This document shows, one piece after another, positions 32,047 to 42,204 of a stretch of DNA of 64,000 nucleotides. The DNA is from an uncultured Candidatus Saccharibacteria bacterium. Its GTDB lineage: Bacteria; Patescibacteriota; Minisyncoccia; Phycocordibacterales; GWA1-40-21. Where the stretch lies: assembly GCA_964513515.1 (NCBI GenBank), contig CAZEMP010000002.1, forward strand, positions 82,232 to 146,231. Direction: 5' to 3'. How positions within the stretch are numbered: the first letter of the stretch is position 1; the number at the start of each line of letters is the position of its first letter. A program made the translations under genes and the position numbers. Below the pieces are notes generated by a model that did no database searches, had not been told where the DNA came from, and saw only the letters and a program-made list of their open reading frames with translations.

Positions 32047-32550
32047 TTAATGAGAATCAAACTCCTTAACTTTAGCCATATACTCTTTCACCAACACCTT
32101 CATTTCGTCAGCAGTTAATAAATTAACTTTTATTCCCTCAGCTTCGATTAAGGCACCCAATATTCGGGCCTTTTCTATGTGCTTGCAATCGACAGTAATT
32201 TGGACCCTTTTATAATGTTCGTTTGTGCGATAATTATCGGCGTAACCAATCCAAATCTCCAGTATTGGACCACCTTTACCAGAGATAAGGTAATCATCTG
32301 GAGAGCTGCCCGAAATGAGACCCTTCAAACCACCTCTCATACCCCTAGCTTCAATGTCAGATGTGCCAAAACCATACTCTTGGACAAATGTACTATAAGC
32401 TAACACCAACCTTTCCTTTACCATTACTTCGCTTTTACAAGTAAATGCAGAGGGATGATTAAAGATTCCAACGATTACCCTCACAAATTTCTTGTATCCA
32501 GCGACAGAAGCATTGACCTTATCTGACTGGTTTTTTTTCTGGTTTTCCAT
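32047..32550 (-). CDS. Hypothetical protein (moderately GC-rich)
   Basis: 167 aa. Followed by a strong hairpin CCCCCTACACAAGCAAGCCTGTGTAGGGGG. Confidence 0.4.
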   Translation of the reverse strand: MENQKKNQSDKVNASVAGYKKFVRVIVGIFNHPSAFTCKSEVMVKERLVLAYSTFVQEYGFGTSDIEARGMRGGLKGLISGSSPDDYLISGKGGPILEIWIGYADNYRTNEHYKRVQITVDCKHIEKARILGALIEAEGIKVNLLTADEMKVLVKEYMAKVKEFDSH

Positions 32551-33332
32551 TTCTATTCTCCTTTATATTTAGTTGTCAAAGAACTTTCGTTCTTTTTACC
32601 GCCGACTCATTTAGTCGGTGTAATCGTTCCGGCCTGGTAATATGATATATCAAGTATATTGACTACGTATTATTTTCATTGTATTTATGTAATGAAGTAA
32701 GATTAAAAGCCAAATAACTCATATACATGGCTACTATTTACTGAAAATAAGTGTAATTTATAGTTACAAATATAATTATATTTGTTGTTACTCGAGTAAT
32801 TAATGTTATATTGTATAATTAATTTACAAATTATATTTCTTCTTAGTGTAAGATAAAATTACAATGATTATTGTAATTTTATCTTACGTATAAACTAGAT
32901 TAGTTTTATTATATAAAACATAAAATTTAAGCATTATTTAAAAAAGTTTACTAAACTAATTAAATATGTAATTAATTATTACATGTTTATTTGCTGAAAT
33001 AAGCCATACAAATATGGCACTTTGATCATTAGCTGTATTTATATTACAAATAAACAATATAAATCAAGCAGCATCAAACTATTTCATGTATGCTATCACA
33101 GGACAGAAAATGAATCTCAGATTGGTAGACTGAGAAAAAATAAGTTCTTTTACACGAAGATTATAGGGTGATATTCAAGAAGTTACTAACCTCCAGCCAT
33201 GCCCCAAGCTGCTAAATAAAAATGAAAAAGCAGCAAGTTAATACAAGGAGTTAAATTGGTGCGGTGGCTACTTAGCCTTACTAGTGGAATCAAGCAGTAT
33301 CCACTAGAAGGCTGCGTCTTACGGAGGCAAGT

Positions 33333-33662
33333 ATGGCTTGCTATCATGCTACATCCGGCTGGGATAAGTTCGAGGTATTCGTTAAATGCCTCGAGACCTT
33401 GGGTGTAAGCTACACTCAAGAGGAATTACTGGAGGGGTGCTCAAGAGGCTCCCCTGGAAATCCAGAGTTCCAACCCTTCCGGAAAGCAACCTTCACAACC
33501 ATCTCACTGGGCAGTAAAAAGCCTATTGAGATGGTAGCGGAGGAGTATCTCGGGGTCAACGCGCTCAGTGCGACTGATGGTAGTCAAATTGAGTTCGAGG
33601 TCTACAAGAAAGGGCATCGGCCCGATCTTGAATCGAGAACAAAAGTTCTCGAGCCCTGGTAG
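33333..33662 (+). CDS. Hypothetical protein in small GC-rich island
   Basis: 109 aa. The island 33190-33700 is about 50% GC against about one-third GC in the flanks. Terminator AAAAGACGGCTCTAACAAGAGCCGTCTTT follows. Confidence 0.4.
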   Translation: MACYHATSGWDKFEVFVKCLETLGVSYTQEELLEGCSRGSPGNPEFQPFRKATFTTISLGSKKPIEMVAEEYLGVNALSATDGSQIEFEVYKKGHRPDLESRTKVLEPW

Positions 33663-33820
33663 ATACAAAAGACGGCTCTAACAAGAGCCGTCTTTCTTTT
33701 TTAAAAACAACACATGAATAATAAAATATTTATTTAATTGGATAAATATATAAACTATTATTAAGTTTTAATTAATGATAAAATAAAAATGCTTAGTGAT
33801 TATTAAATTAAAAAATTAAT

Positions 33821-34561
33821 ATGAATACCGAAAATAACTTTTCTCAGAAAGAAAAAGCCCAATTACAAACTGAGCGCACTTTAAGTGATGCAGAATTAAT
33901 TGGGAAAGGTGCACAGTATGTTTCTAGCAAGGACGGGGATATGTCTTTCGATATTACTGACAAGCAATATGAAGAACTTCATCAACAGATGGAGGAACTA
34001 TTGGTGAAAAATGTACTAACAGATGAAAATATTAAAGAAGGACGCATTAAGATTAATGTTGAAAAAGTACTAGATAATAAAAAGACGGATGATCAAAAAA
34101 TTGGTTATGAATTTGAAATTGAAACTGAAACCCGTTACATCATTTCCCCATGTAAAATAGAGGATTATAAATGGGAAAATCACGTTACGGATACTTACGA
34201 TCAATCTGGTCGTGCAAGAATTCGTATTAAAAATGGCAAACCCAGACTTTCTCTTAAAGTGCCTCTTTTCACAAAAGACACACTGACCGCTAAAACATGT
34301 TTACGTCTTGAATTTAAGCCAGATAATGAAAAACAAGAGATGGACTTAATTGGTATAAAGGAATTAATTCTTAAAGAAGCAGGTGCTCAAACATCAGAAA
34401 AATGGGGCGCAGCTCTTAAGATGAAAAATGGCTTAAAAACATGGATAAATCGTGACAGTAATAATAATTGGTGGATTGAGTTAGATGAGGGCGTAGAATT
34501 TGTACCGCCAGAGAATATTGAAGTTTTGAGAACCGAGAAAAGTACCATAAAAACGAAATGA
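33821..34561 (+). CDS. Hypothetical protein
   Basis: 246 aa, charged and Lys-rich. No motif. Confidence 0.4.
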   Translation: MNTENNFSQKEKAQLQTERTLSDAELIGKGAQYVSSKDGDMSFDITDKQYEELHQQMEELLVKNVLTDENIKEGRIKINVEKVLDNKKTDDQKIGYEFEIETETRYIISPCKIEDYKWENHVTDTYDQSGRARIRIKNGKPRLSLKVPLFTKDTLTAKTCLRLEFKPDNEKQEMDLIGIKELILKEAGAQTSEKWGAALKMKNGLKTWINRDSNNNWWIELDEGVEFVPPENIEVLRTEKSTIKTK

Positions 34562-35124
34562 AGAAACCAACCCCATTTTTTAGTAGACAAATTGATGATG
34601 CTATTATTTTTGCAGCAAAAGCACATAAAGATCAATTTCGTAAAACTGACTTATCTATCCCTTATGTTTCTCACCCAATTGGTGTGGGGCTTATTCTTCA
34701 TAAGGCTGGGTTTTCTGACGATGTCATAATTGCAGGTATTCTTCATGATGTTGTGGAAGATTGCGATGTAACAATTAACGAAATACGCAGTACTTTTGGT
34801 AATGAAATCGCATTTTTAATAGAAAAAGTTTCAGAAAACAAAGAACTTTCATGGTTAAAAAGAAAAGAAGAATATCTTCAAGTTGTTTTGAATGCACCTA
34901 TAGAAGTGAAAGCTATTGTAGTAGCGGATAAATTACACAATATTCAATCTATAATAAAAGCTTTAGAAAATAAGGAAGATATTTGGAAATTTTTTAATAA
35001 AGATAAGAAAGCGGTAATAGAAAATTATATAAATTTTGTAAAAAACATAACACAAAAATGGGATCACCCACTCCTTACAGAACTGGAAGTAGCAACTAGG
35101 CACTTGAAAAAAATAACAGGGTAA
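34558..35124 (+). CDS. HD-domain phosphohydrolase
   Basis: HD motif SHPIGVGLILH...GILHDVVED. Confidence 0.7.
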   Translation: MKKPTPFFSRQIDDAIIFAAKAHKDQFRKTDLSIPYVSHPIGVGLILHKAGFSDDVIIAGILHDVVEDCDVTINEIRSTFGNEIAFLIEKVSENKELSWLKRKEEYLQVVLNAPIEVKAIVVADKLHNIQSIIKALENKEDIWKFFNKDKKAVIENYINFVKNITQKWDHPLLTELEVATRHLKKITG

Positions 35125-35247
35125 ACACAAATATTTTCTTATTTAAAGTATATTTTTACCTATACTTTAATAGAAAAGATAAATTTTATAGCTAGAGTAT
35201 TTTTAGCATTTTATGAATAGTTGTATGAATGATACATACCTTTCTTT

Positions 35248-35976
35248 TTAGATTTTTCTATAGAGTGTTTGGAATATTTGTTTTTGAAATTCAGCTATTC
35301 TTTTACTCTCAATTATCATACAAGTCTCAGAATTGTAGTCTATAAAAGCTATTTTGTCTCCATATATTATTTCTGTAACGTTATGTTCGAACGGGCCAAA
35401 ATCACCAGGCATTGTCTTAGCAAATCTATCCAGGCTAGGTTTTTTGTGCTGAGCAGTTTGAATATTTGTTATAACCTCTCTTTGAAGTTTCTTTTCATCT
35501 CTCATTTTTCTATAAATCCTCGGAACATATTTATCTTTCTTTTCATTACCATCTTTGTTTGAACTAAATCTATAGAATACGTCATTCTTTTTAAGGCTCC
35601 TGACTACATCGTCAAATATTCTTTTTGTACCATCCCTACCCTCAAGGAATCTTATTTTAGGTTTTTTTTCACTAGTGGAATAAGCATCTTCTAAGTCTGG
35701 TAATATTTCAAAAAAATTTATTTTTAAATCATCAAATAATGTTTCTAATCTGTTTGGTGGTTCTGCCCCGTAAACAACATTTTTTAGTTTTTGTGTTTGG
35801 GTAATAAGTTTTTTTTCTAATAAGGAGGGTAAGGCTTTATACACCAATGGTCTGTGTATTGATGTCTTCTCAGATATTTGGGAAATATTTGATGTACCCA
35901 TCTCAAGAAGAGCCAAATAAATAGCACTTTCATTTTTTGTTAGCCCCAATTTCTCTAAAATATTGTTTTTATCCAT
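35248..35976 (-). CDS. TrmB-family transcriptional regulator (paralog 1)
   Basis: N-terminal wHTH LGLTKNESAIYLALLEMGTSNISQISEKTSIHRPLVYKALPSLLEKKLI. Paralogous to the ORFs at 44286-45029 and 57085-57831. Confidence 0.65.
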   Translation of the reverse strand: MDKNNILEKLGLTKNESAIYLALLEMGTSNISQISEKTSIHRPLVYKALPSLLEKKLITQTQKLKNVVYGAEPPNRLETLFDDLKINFFEILPDLEDAYSTSEKKPKIRFLEGRDGTKRIFDDVVRSLKKNDVFYRFSSNKDGNEKKDKYVPRIYRKMRDEKKLQREVITNIQTAQHKKPSLDRFAKTMPGDFGPFEHNVTEIIYGDKIAFIDYNSETCMIIESKRIAEFQKQIFQTLYRKI

Positions 35977-36270
35977 AATTTATTTAAATTATTGTAATTT
36001 TGTCTTACATAAATAATAAATCATTAATCTAAAAAATGCAATTAAAATAAGCATTTATTCGATCAATTCAGATAATATAAGCAAATCTGTAATAAATAAT
36101 TACGTATTATATTAGCAGGTAACAGCTATAAATATGGACTGTTTAGCTTTTATCTTTATTTGATTACATAAAGACAATAAAAACCAGGCAGTGTCAATAT
36201 AATTAATATATAATGTTCCAGGGTAAAAGATAGAACATTGAAACAAAAATAAACTAGAGAGGGGTGAAAC

Positions 36271-36528
36271 ATGGGGCGGTGCATAAGAATGGCTCAACTT
36301 GTGGTAAGGCGAAGACGTGAGATATCTCTTGATGAAGCAAAATCTCGAGGAGCTAGTCTTGGTAACGGAGTAAAATTACCAAGAACGGTAGCTGAGCTTG
36401 AGAAAAGAAAGCAAAGACACTTTCTACGACTCGAGAGAGCTGGGCTTCAAGTAACTCCTGCGAGCTATGGGATGCTCGCAGTTTGGCAAAGTACTCCACT
36501 CGAACTTAGTCTCATCTGGAGTGGTTGA
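36271..36528 (+). CDS. Hypothetical small basic protein (GC-rich island 1)
   Basis: 85 aa, Arg-rich, about 50% GC. Lies directly upstream of a hammerhead ribozyme. Confidence 0.4.
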   Translation: MGRCIRMAQLVVRRRREISLDEAKSRGASLGNGVKLPRTVAELEKRKQRHFLRLERAGLQVTPASYGMLAVWQSTPLELSLIWSG

Positions 36529-36567
36529 TAAAAGGCCAAGCAGTTTGGGGATCTGCATAAAATCCCC

Positions 36568-36616
36568 TCTGTCTCGCGATGAATCGCGACTGACGAGCTC
36601 AAAAGAGCGAAACAGA
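36568..36616 (+). ncRNA. Type-III hammerhead self-cleaving ribozyme (HHR1)
   Basis: tctgtC | TCGCGAtgaaTCGCGA CTGACGAG CTCaaaaGAG CGAA acaga. The core CUGANGA...GAA is present. Stems I and II are closed and stem III is open. The cleavage site is GUC. Confidence 0.8.
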
Positions 36617-36659
36617 AAGTTCTTTGACAACAAAATATAGGATAATGGAGGATTAAACT

Positions 36660-37277
36660 ATGCATATTCTAGTCATCGAAGACACTGAGAAGCACCTGAA
36701 TGACGCGCGGAAGTACAGCAAAAAGTTGGTTGGTTGTAAGGTGGACTTTGTTACCACACTAACTGAGGCAATGGAACTTCTGAAGAAGAACAAATATGAC
36801 GGAGCCATCTCCGATGTGTTTTTTCCCGCAGAGAAAGGGGCTTCAGCAGAGACGTTCGAGAATGCAATCATTGTCAGCGCCAAGCTGTTTGGGATGGGTG
36901 TGCACCACGTCTTCAACACGACAGGCAACCATCACGGTAGCAAGTACCAAGGGTTTGTCTGGAAGACCCCGAAGAAGTTGAACCACATCGAGGACTCTGA
37001 GGATAGTTGTGGGTACGACTTCAGAATGACTGGGATGATCATCGAGGCGTACCCGAAGGACCCAGAAGGGGACAAGGACACGAAGCAGTGGCAAGCAGCA
37101 TTCCGGTACATCCTGCTCGTGCAAGCTCTACTCCAACTTCCCGATAAGGGCGAGAGGATCATCAAAGATGCTAAGTTGCACGGCTTCCCTTACGGGGAGT
37201 ATGGTTACCTCACCGAGGATTTCGCGAAGTGCTCGCATTCCTTCGTCGCCGAGATCTTCCAGAAGTATAATGCCTGA
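36660..37277 (+). CDS. CheY-like receiver-domain protein of unknown output (GC-rich island 1)
   Basis: MHILVIEDTEKHL...DGAISDVFFP resembles a response-regulator receiver with an acidic pocket. The C-terminal 100 aa are unrecognised. About 52% GC. Confidence 0.45.
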   Translation: MHILVIEDTEKHLNDARKYSKKLVGCKVDFVTTLTEAMELLKKNKYDGAISDVFFPAEKGASAETFENAIIVSAKLFGMGVHHVFNTTGNHHGSKYQGFVWKTPKKLNHIEDSEDSCGYDFRMTGMIIEAYPKDPEGDKDTKQWQAAFRYILLVQALLQLPDKGERIIKDAKLHGFPYGEYGYLTEDFAKCSHSFVAEIFQKYNA

Positions 37278-37311
37278 ATCCGTCTTGTACCTCCGCCACC
37301 AAACGTAAAAT

Positions 37312-37370
37312 GAGTTGATGAGACTGGAGCGGAGTGTTTTCCAGGAGGAAAAACACTCCGCTCCAGAACA
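37312..37370 (+). terminator. Rho-independent terminator closing GC island 1
   Basis: GAGACTGGAGCGGAGTGTTTTCC...GGAAAAACACTCCGCTCCAG, a long perfect hairpin. Confidence 0.6.
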
Positions 37371-37406
37371 TCACAAGTCATCTCACAAAGAGATGGCTTT
37401 TTTATT

Positions 37407-37450
37407 TGTGCGTTTAGAGTGAGCAAAAGTATACTCACGGCTCTAACGTA
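37407..37450 (+). repeat. Solo fragment of the tRNA-end-mimicking element (copy F)
   Basis: TGTGCGTTTAG-AGTGAGCAAAAGTATACTCACGG-CTCTAACG parallels the A1/A2 junction GTGTGCGCTTAG-AATGAGCAAAAGTATTTGCTCAT and ...GTGTACTCACGGTCCAACTAAG. Confidence 0.4.
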
Positions 37451-37540
37451 TTTATTCTTGACCACATATAAATTTATATTTGATATAATACTAATTAAGA
37501 TTATTATGGTGGATATTATCAAATATTAATATAGAATTGA

Positions 37541-38056
37541 ATGATAAAACAAGCCTTAAATAGAATATTAATTATCGGAGACTCTGGTCGGGGTAAAACT
37601 GTTTTGGCTAGAAAAATTTCCGAAAAACTTGGTATACCAGCATATTCAACCGATGATTATCTTTACGAGATGAAATTCACAGTATATAAAGATCGGCAAA
37701 AAGGTATTAATGAGATTACAAATATTTACCAAAATAATAAGTGGATTGTAGAGGGAACAACTCATTATTTACTTAAACCCGGGTTAGATCTAGCAGATGT
37801 AATAATATATTTAAAATATGACAATATTTTTTATCAATGGCTAACAATTATTAAAAGATTTTTGAAAAGAAAGGATAAAAGTTTTCTAAGAATGATCTGG
37901 CTAATATGGCACGTTCTATACAAAAGACTTCAAACAAAAAATAGTAGATTAAAAAAAGGACAAATGACCACATCAGAACGTATAGATCCATATAAACATA
38001 AGGTAATCACACTCAATTCTTTTAAGGAAATAGATGATTTCATAGATACTATTTAA
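37541..38056 (+). CDS. P-loop NTPase, adenylate-kinase/topology-modulation-protein-like
   Basis: Walker A IIGDSGRGKTVLARKI. 171 aa. Confidence 0.5.
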   Translation: MIKQALNRILIIGDSGRGKTVLARKISEKLGIPAYSTDDYLYEMKFTVYKDRQKGINEITNIYQNNKWIVEGTTHYLLKPGLDLADVIIYLKYDNIFYQWLTIIKRFLKRKDKSFLRMIWLIWHVLYKRLQTKNSRLKKGQMTTSERIDPYKHKVITLNSFKEIDDFIDTI

Positions 38057-38150
38057 TTAAAAAACTATAATTTTTAATTTTCTATTGTTTATTTGACATA
38101 AGTTACTACATGTGAGATAATCCCATCCAGATTCTGGAAACGGAGGTGGT

Positions 38151-38756
38151 GTGAGAAAGTTCTTAATCAGGAATGTCGCAGGTCTTGTCGGAGTGACTTG
38201 GCTATCAGTAGGGTTTTGGTCTATGGCCAACATTCCGACTGACAAGCCAAAACCAGACGAGTCTAAGCCAAGCATCACGGTGAAGCCGTTGGTCTTACCC
38301 TTCAAGTCAAAGTCAGACTTGAAGGATGGATTAGCACAGGAGGTAAGACCAACAGTTTCAGTAAGCGATCTGAATTACTCCGTGATGGGGGATAATGAGA
38401 GAAGGCTGAGGGCCTTTTTCAAGGATAACCCTATCATGGTGAAGGTGGCGTACTGCGAGTCAAAGTTCATCCACCGAAACAAGGATGGGAGTATCTTGCG
38501 AGGGGAGAAGGATCCTTATGACATAGGCATCATGCAGATCAATACTAGGACCAAGAACGGACACAGGAAAAAATCCTTGGGACTAGGACTTGATATATGG
38601 ACTATGGAAGGCAGCATGGCCTATGCCAAAATCCTCAGCAGAGAAAGGGGACTTGGTGAAAACAAGGACGAGGACGGAGTCCTTTTTTACTGGAGGAGTT
38701 CCTCTGGATGTTGGGGGCCACACCGGGATAACCCAGGAGGTGTGAGTAGCAGGTGA
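38151..38756 (+). CDS. Secreted lytic transglycosylase (SLT domain) in a GC-rich islet
   Basis: Signal peptide. Catalytic AYCESKF (E-S) and the YDIGIMQIN motif of family-1 lytic transglycosylases. About 48% GC with a GGAGGTG RBS. Confidence 0.65.
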   Translation: MRKFLIRNVAGLVGVTWLSVGFWSMANIPTDKPKPDESKPSITVKPLVLPFKSKSDLKDGLAQEVRPTVSVSDLNYSVMGDNERRLRAFFKDNPIMVKVAYCESKFIHRNKDGSILRGEKDPYDIGIMQINTRTKNGHRKKSLGLGLDIWTMEGSMAYAKILSRERGLGENKDEDGVLFYWRSSSGCWGPHRDNPGGVSSR

Positions 38757-38801
38757 TTCTTTATGAGAGGGTCACCTGCTATTTCTTTTATTAAATTTAT
38801 A

Positions 38802-39209
38802 TTAAAGAGGTAAATCAAAAGCAAAGGCTCCTGCTCCAAGAAATACTAATGAAAGTGAAATAGCAAATACTAATATATAAAAAGCGAGATCTCTTTTTTC
38901 AAGATTTGGTTCTCTGTATTCTAGTATTGCTTCACAGAAGAAAAGCGCAGCAAACACCATTCCAGCGAGTTGAGTATAAGCTCCAGCAAGAAGTATCAGT
39001 CCGCCTATTATTTCAATAAAAGCTAGTATTTTTACAAAAGTAGCAGCGGGGTGAATATTTATTGTTTCAAAAAGTTCCTGCCAAGATCTTTGTTCATCAC
39101 CAATTTTTAATGATCCAAGATTTATCACAATGATTCCTAACACCACTCTTAAAATAAGGGGAGATAGCATACTAAAAGTTAATAAACTAGGAAATGTATT
39201 TAATATCAT
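38802..39209 (-). CDS. DoxX-family membrane protein
   Basis: Four transmembrane helices with a DoxX-like pattern. 135 aa. Confidence 0.55.
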   Translation of the reverse strand: MILNTFPSLLTFSMLSPLILRVVLGIIVINLGSLKIGDEQRSWQELFETINIHPAATFVKILAFIEIIGGLILLAGAYTQLAGMVFAALFFCEAILEYREPNLEKRDLAFYILVFAISLSLVFLGAGAFAFDLPL

Positions 39210-39318
39210 GCGATCATTTTATCATAAAGAAGATAAAATGGTAGCTATATTGTGACGAAATTTTGCGGAGCAAAATTTCGTCTTCAATCTTTGTGATTTT
39301 TGGTGTATATTTCAAGAC

Positions 39319-39804
39319 ATGGATAAAAGTTTAAATAAGAGAAAGGTACTTATCTTGGATAATATTCGAAGTGTATATAATGTCGGGTCTATTTTTCGTA
39401 CTTCTGATGCTCTTGGAATCGACAAGATATATTTGTGTGGAGTTACTCCAACTCCGATAGATAGGTTTGGGAGGGAAAGAAAAGATCTAGCCAAAGTATC
39501 TCTTGGTGCCGAAAAGAGTATCGCTTCAGAGTATTGTGATACTACAGAAAAAATAATTAAAAAACTAAAAAAAGAAGGATTTCAGATATTGGCTGTTGAG
39601 CAGGACAAAAAATCTATAGATTTTAAAAAAATTAAGCCAAAATATCCATTAGCATTAGTTTTGGGGAATGAAGTCGGCGGAATTGATAAAAAAATGTTAG
39701 CCTTATGTGACGTGATAGCAGAGATTCCTATGCTCGGTAAGAAAGAATCACTGAATGTTTCTGTGGCTTTTGGGATTATTGGATACAGAATGTTTGATAA
39801 ATAA
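39319..39804 (+). CDS. SpoU/TrmH-family RNA 2'-O-methyltransferase
   Basis: LILDNIRSVYNVGSIFRTSDALG... and C-terminal LNVSVAFGI SPOUT knot motifs. Confidence 0.7.
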   Translation: MDKSLNKRKVLILDNIRSVYNVGSIFRTSDALGIDKIYLCGVTPTPIDRFGRERKDLAKVSLGAEKSIASEYCDTTEKIIKKLKKEGFQILAVEQDKKSIDFKKIKPKYPLALVLGNEVGGIDKKMLALCDVIAEIPMLGKKESLNVSVAFGIIGYRMFDK

Positions 39805-39806
39805 TT

Positions 39807-41074
39807 TTATGCTTGATAAAACACTCAAGACTATAGAAAAATTTATACCAAAAAAAATTTACAAAATGGGACAGCCTGTTTATCATTATTTACTTGCACT
39901 AATTGGCGCAGTTGTTTATAGATTTCCATCTAAAAAGATAAAAGTTGTAGCAGTAACAGGTACAAAAGGGAAAACTTCTACAGCAGAATTTGTAAATGCT
40001 GTCTTGGAGGGAGCTGGAAAGAAAACAGCCCTTCTTGGAACCTTACGATTTAAGATAGGGGATGAGTCTTTGCCAAATATGCGAAAGATGACAGTACCAG
40101 GAAGAATGTTTATACAAAAATTTTTAAGAAAAGCTGTAAATGCAGGTTGTGAATATGTTGTACTTGAGATATCTTCAGAATCAGTAAAACAATATAGAAA
40201 TAAATTTATAGATTTGGATGCACTGATTTTTACAAATCTTGCACCAGAGCATATAGAATCTCATGGAAGTTATGAAAAATATGTTGAAGCAAAACTTTCT
40301 ATTGCAAAAGAACTTGAAAATTCACCAAAGAAAAACAAATCAATAATAGTAAATATCGATGACAAAGAAGGAGGAAAATTTTTGAAAATTAATGTTTCAA
40401 ACAGAGTTACTTATTCATTAGAAGAAGTTGAGGATATAATAACGACCGAAGATTATACCAGGTTTGTATATAAAGGAGAGATTATCGAGACTCAATTGCT
40501 GGGAAAGTTTAATATTTATAATATGCTTGGCGCTATAAAATATGCAGAAATTGAAAAGATAGATTTGTCCGTTGTTAAAAGGGCATTATCAAAATTAAAA
40601 GAAATAAAAGGAAGAGCACAAAAGATAGATGAGGGACAGGATTTTAAAGTGATAGTAGATTATGCCCATACACCAGAATCTTTGAAAGCAATATATGAAG
40701 CTTTTTCAGACAGTAAAAAGATAGGAGTACTTGGTAATTGTGGTGGGGGAAGAGATAAATGGAAAAGAAAGGAAATGGCAGAAATTGCAGACGGGTATTG
40801 CAAAGAGGTCATACTTACGGATGAGGACCCATACAATGATGATCCGAAAGAAATAGTGGAAGATATGGCAAAATATTTTAAAGAGAAAAAGCCAGAAATA
40901 ATTATGGATAGAAGAAAGGCAATAGCAAAAGCTATATCTATCGCAAAAAAAGGAGATGTCGTTATAATTTCTGGAAAAGGAAGTGACCCATATATAATGA
41001 GAAAGAATGGCCAAAAAGAAAAGTGGAGTGATGCAGATGTGGCGAGAGAAGAACTGAAAAAGTTAAAAGTGTAA
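39807..41074 (+). CDS. Mur ligase family protein (UDP-N-acetylmuramoyl-tripeptide / MurE-like ligase)
   Basis: ATP-binding VVAVTGTKGKTSTAEF and the Mur-ligase middle and C-terminal domains. The ORF-track start at 39755 is probably upstream of the true ATG at 39807. Confidence 0.7.
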
Positions 41075-41134
41075 AATTGAAAGTTGTGGTTAATACAAAA
41101 GAACGGCGCACTTCGTGCGCCGTTCTTTTGTATT

Positions 41135-42031
41135 TTATTTTATAAATTCTTTTTCAATATACTGATTAATTGCAGTTGCGGTAGATGATGCTGCTTTTTC
41201 TATAAAAGCATTTCTTGTACTTGAGCTTAACATTACAGGTTCATATATATATGCATACTCTACGACGACACTTGGGATTTTTAGTGTGTCATAATTACCT
41301 ATAGCTATGAGTTCTTGGCTTTCAATAATAATATCTTTTTCTTGTGGCATATTACTCTGTTTTTGTATTTTGAAAATCTCTTCATTTAAATAGTTTGCAA
41401 AAATTCTACTTGAAGATGAATTAGAATATTGTTTTTCTGGAATGTACATAGAATATCCTCGATAGTTTGGTTTACCATTTATTTTTGGATTATTATTGAA
41501 GTGAATATGTATTGTTAAATCAATTTTATTTTCTTCTATCCATTTATTTGTTCCATACAAAAATAATACTGCATTTGATGCTGCCTCGTTGTGTTTCATA
41601 TCTGGATCAATTATTTTAAATTCTCCTTTATCTGCCCTTGCAAGCATTTCTTTTTTGTTCGATGCTGCCCAATCCATAATCTTTGTTTCGTTTGTGGTGA
41701 CAAATTTTTCTAAATCTTTATTCCAGCCATTTTTATCTCGGGCTAAACTTATTTCTAGTTTAGTATTTTTTGATAATATGTTTTGTAATATTTCAGACAA
41801 TTGTAGATTTAGATCCCTCTCTTTTATTTTTTTAAATTCATCAGCACCACCACTATTTGGCTCATGTCCAGGAACTATCAGTATCTTTACCTGCTCATTT
41901 TTTTGGTCTACCGATAAGGCAGTTGCGACACTTCTCGTATCAGCCACTTGAAAAATAACTATAAATGCAGAAATAGTAAGAGAGATTATTGATACGGTCG
42001 TTAATATCTTTGCTGTCATGTTGTGACTCAT
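41135..42031 (-). CDS. N-acetylmuramoyl-L-alanine amidase (Amidase_3 family) with N-terminal membrane anchor
   Basis: KILIVPGHEPNSGGA... zinc-ligand pattern of Amidase_3. N-terminal transmembrane helix. Confidence 0.65.
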   Translation of the reverse strand: MSHNMTAKILTTVSIISLTISAFIVIFQVADTRSVATALSVDQKNEQVKILIVPGHEPNSGGADEFKKIKERDLNLQLSEILQNILSKNTKLEISLARDKNGWNKDLEKFVTTNETKIMDWAASNKKEMLARADKGEFKIIDPDMKHNEAASNAVLFLYGTNKWIEENKIDLTIHIHFNNNPKINGKPNYRGYSMYIPEKQYSNSSSSRIFANYLNEEIFKIQKQSNMPQEKDIIIESQELIAIGNYDTLKIPSVVVEYAYIYEPVMLSSSTRNAFIEKAASSTATAINQYIEKEFIK

Positions 42032-42075
42032 GTTTTGTATTTTATGTCATTAAGTAGATAAGCACAACAACCATT

Positions 42076-42148
42076 GTCATTCCCGTGAAGACGGGAATCC
42101 AGAATTTATTAAATTTAAACTAGATTCCCGCATGCGCGGGAATGACAT
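42076..42148. repeat. Palindromic MITE-like repeat, copy 3
   Basis: GTCATTCCCGTGAAGACGGGAATCCAGAATT...CTAGATTCCCGCATGCGCGGGAATGACA. Confidence 0.6.
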
Positions 42149-42204
42149 ATAAATACGGAATCGTATCATTTACTTTTTTCTTTTTTAATCTTAGACTTCA
42201 AAAT

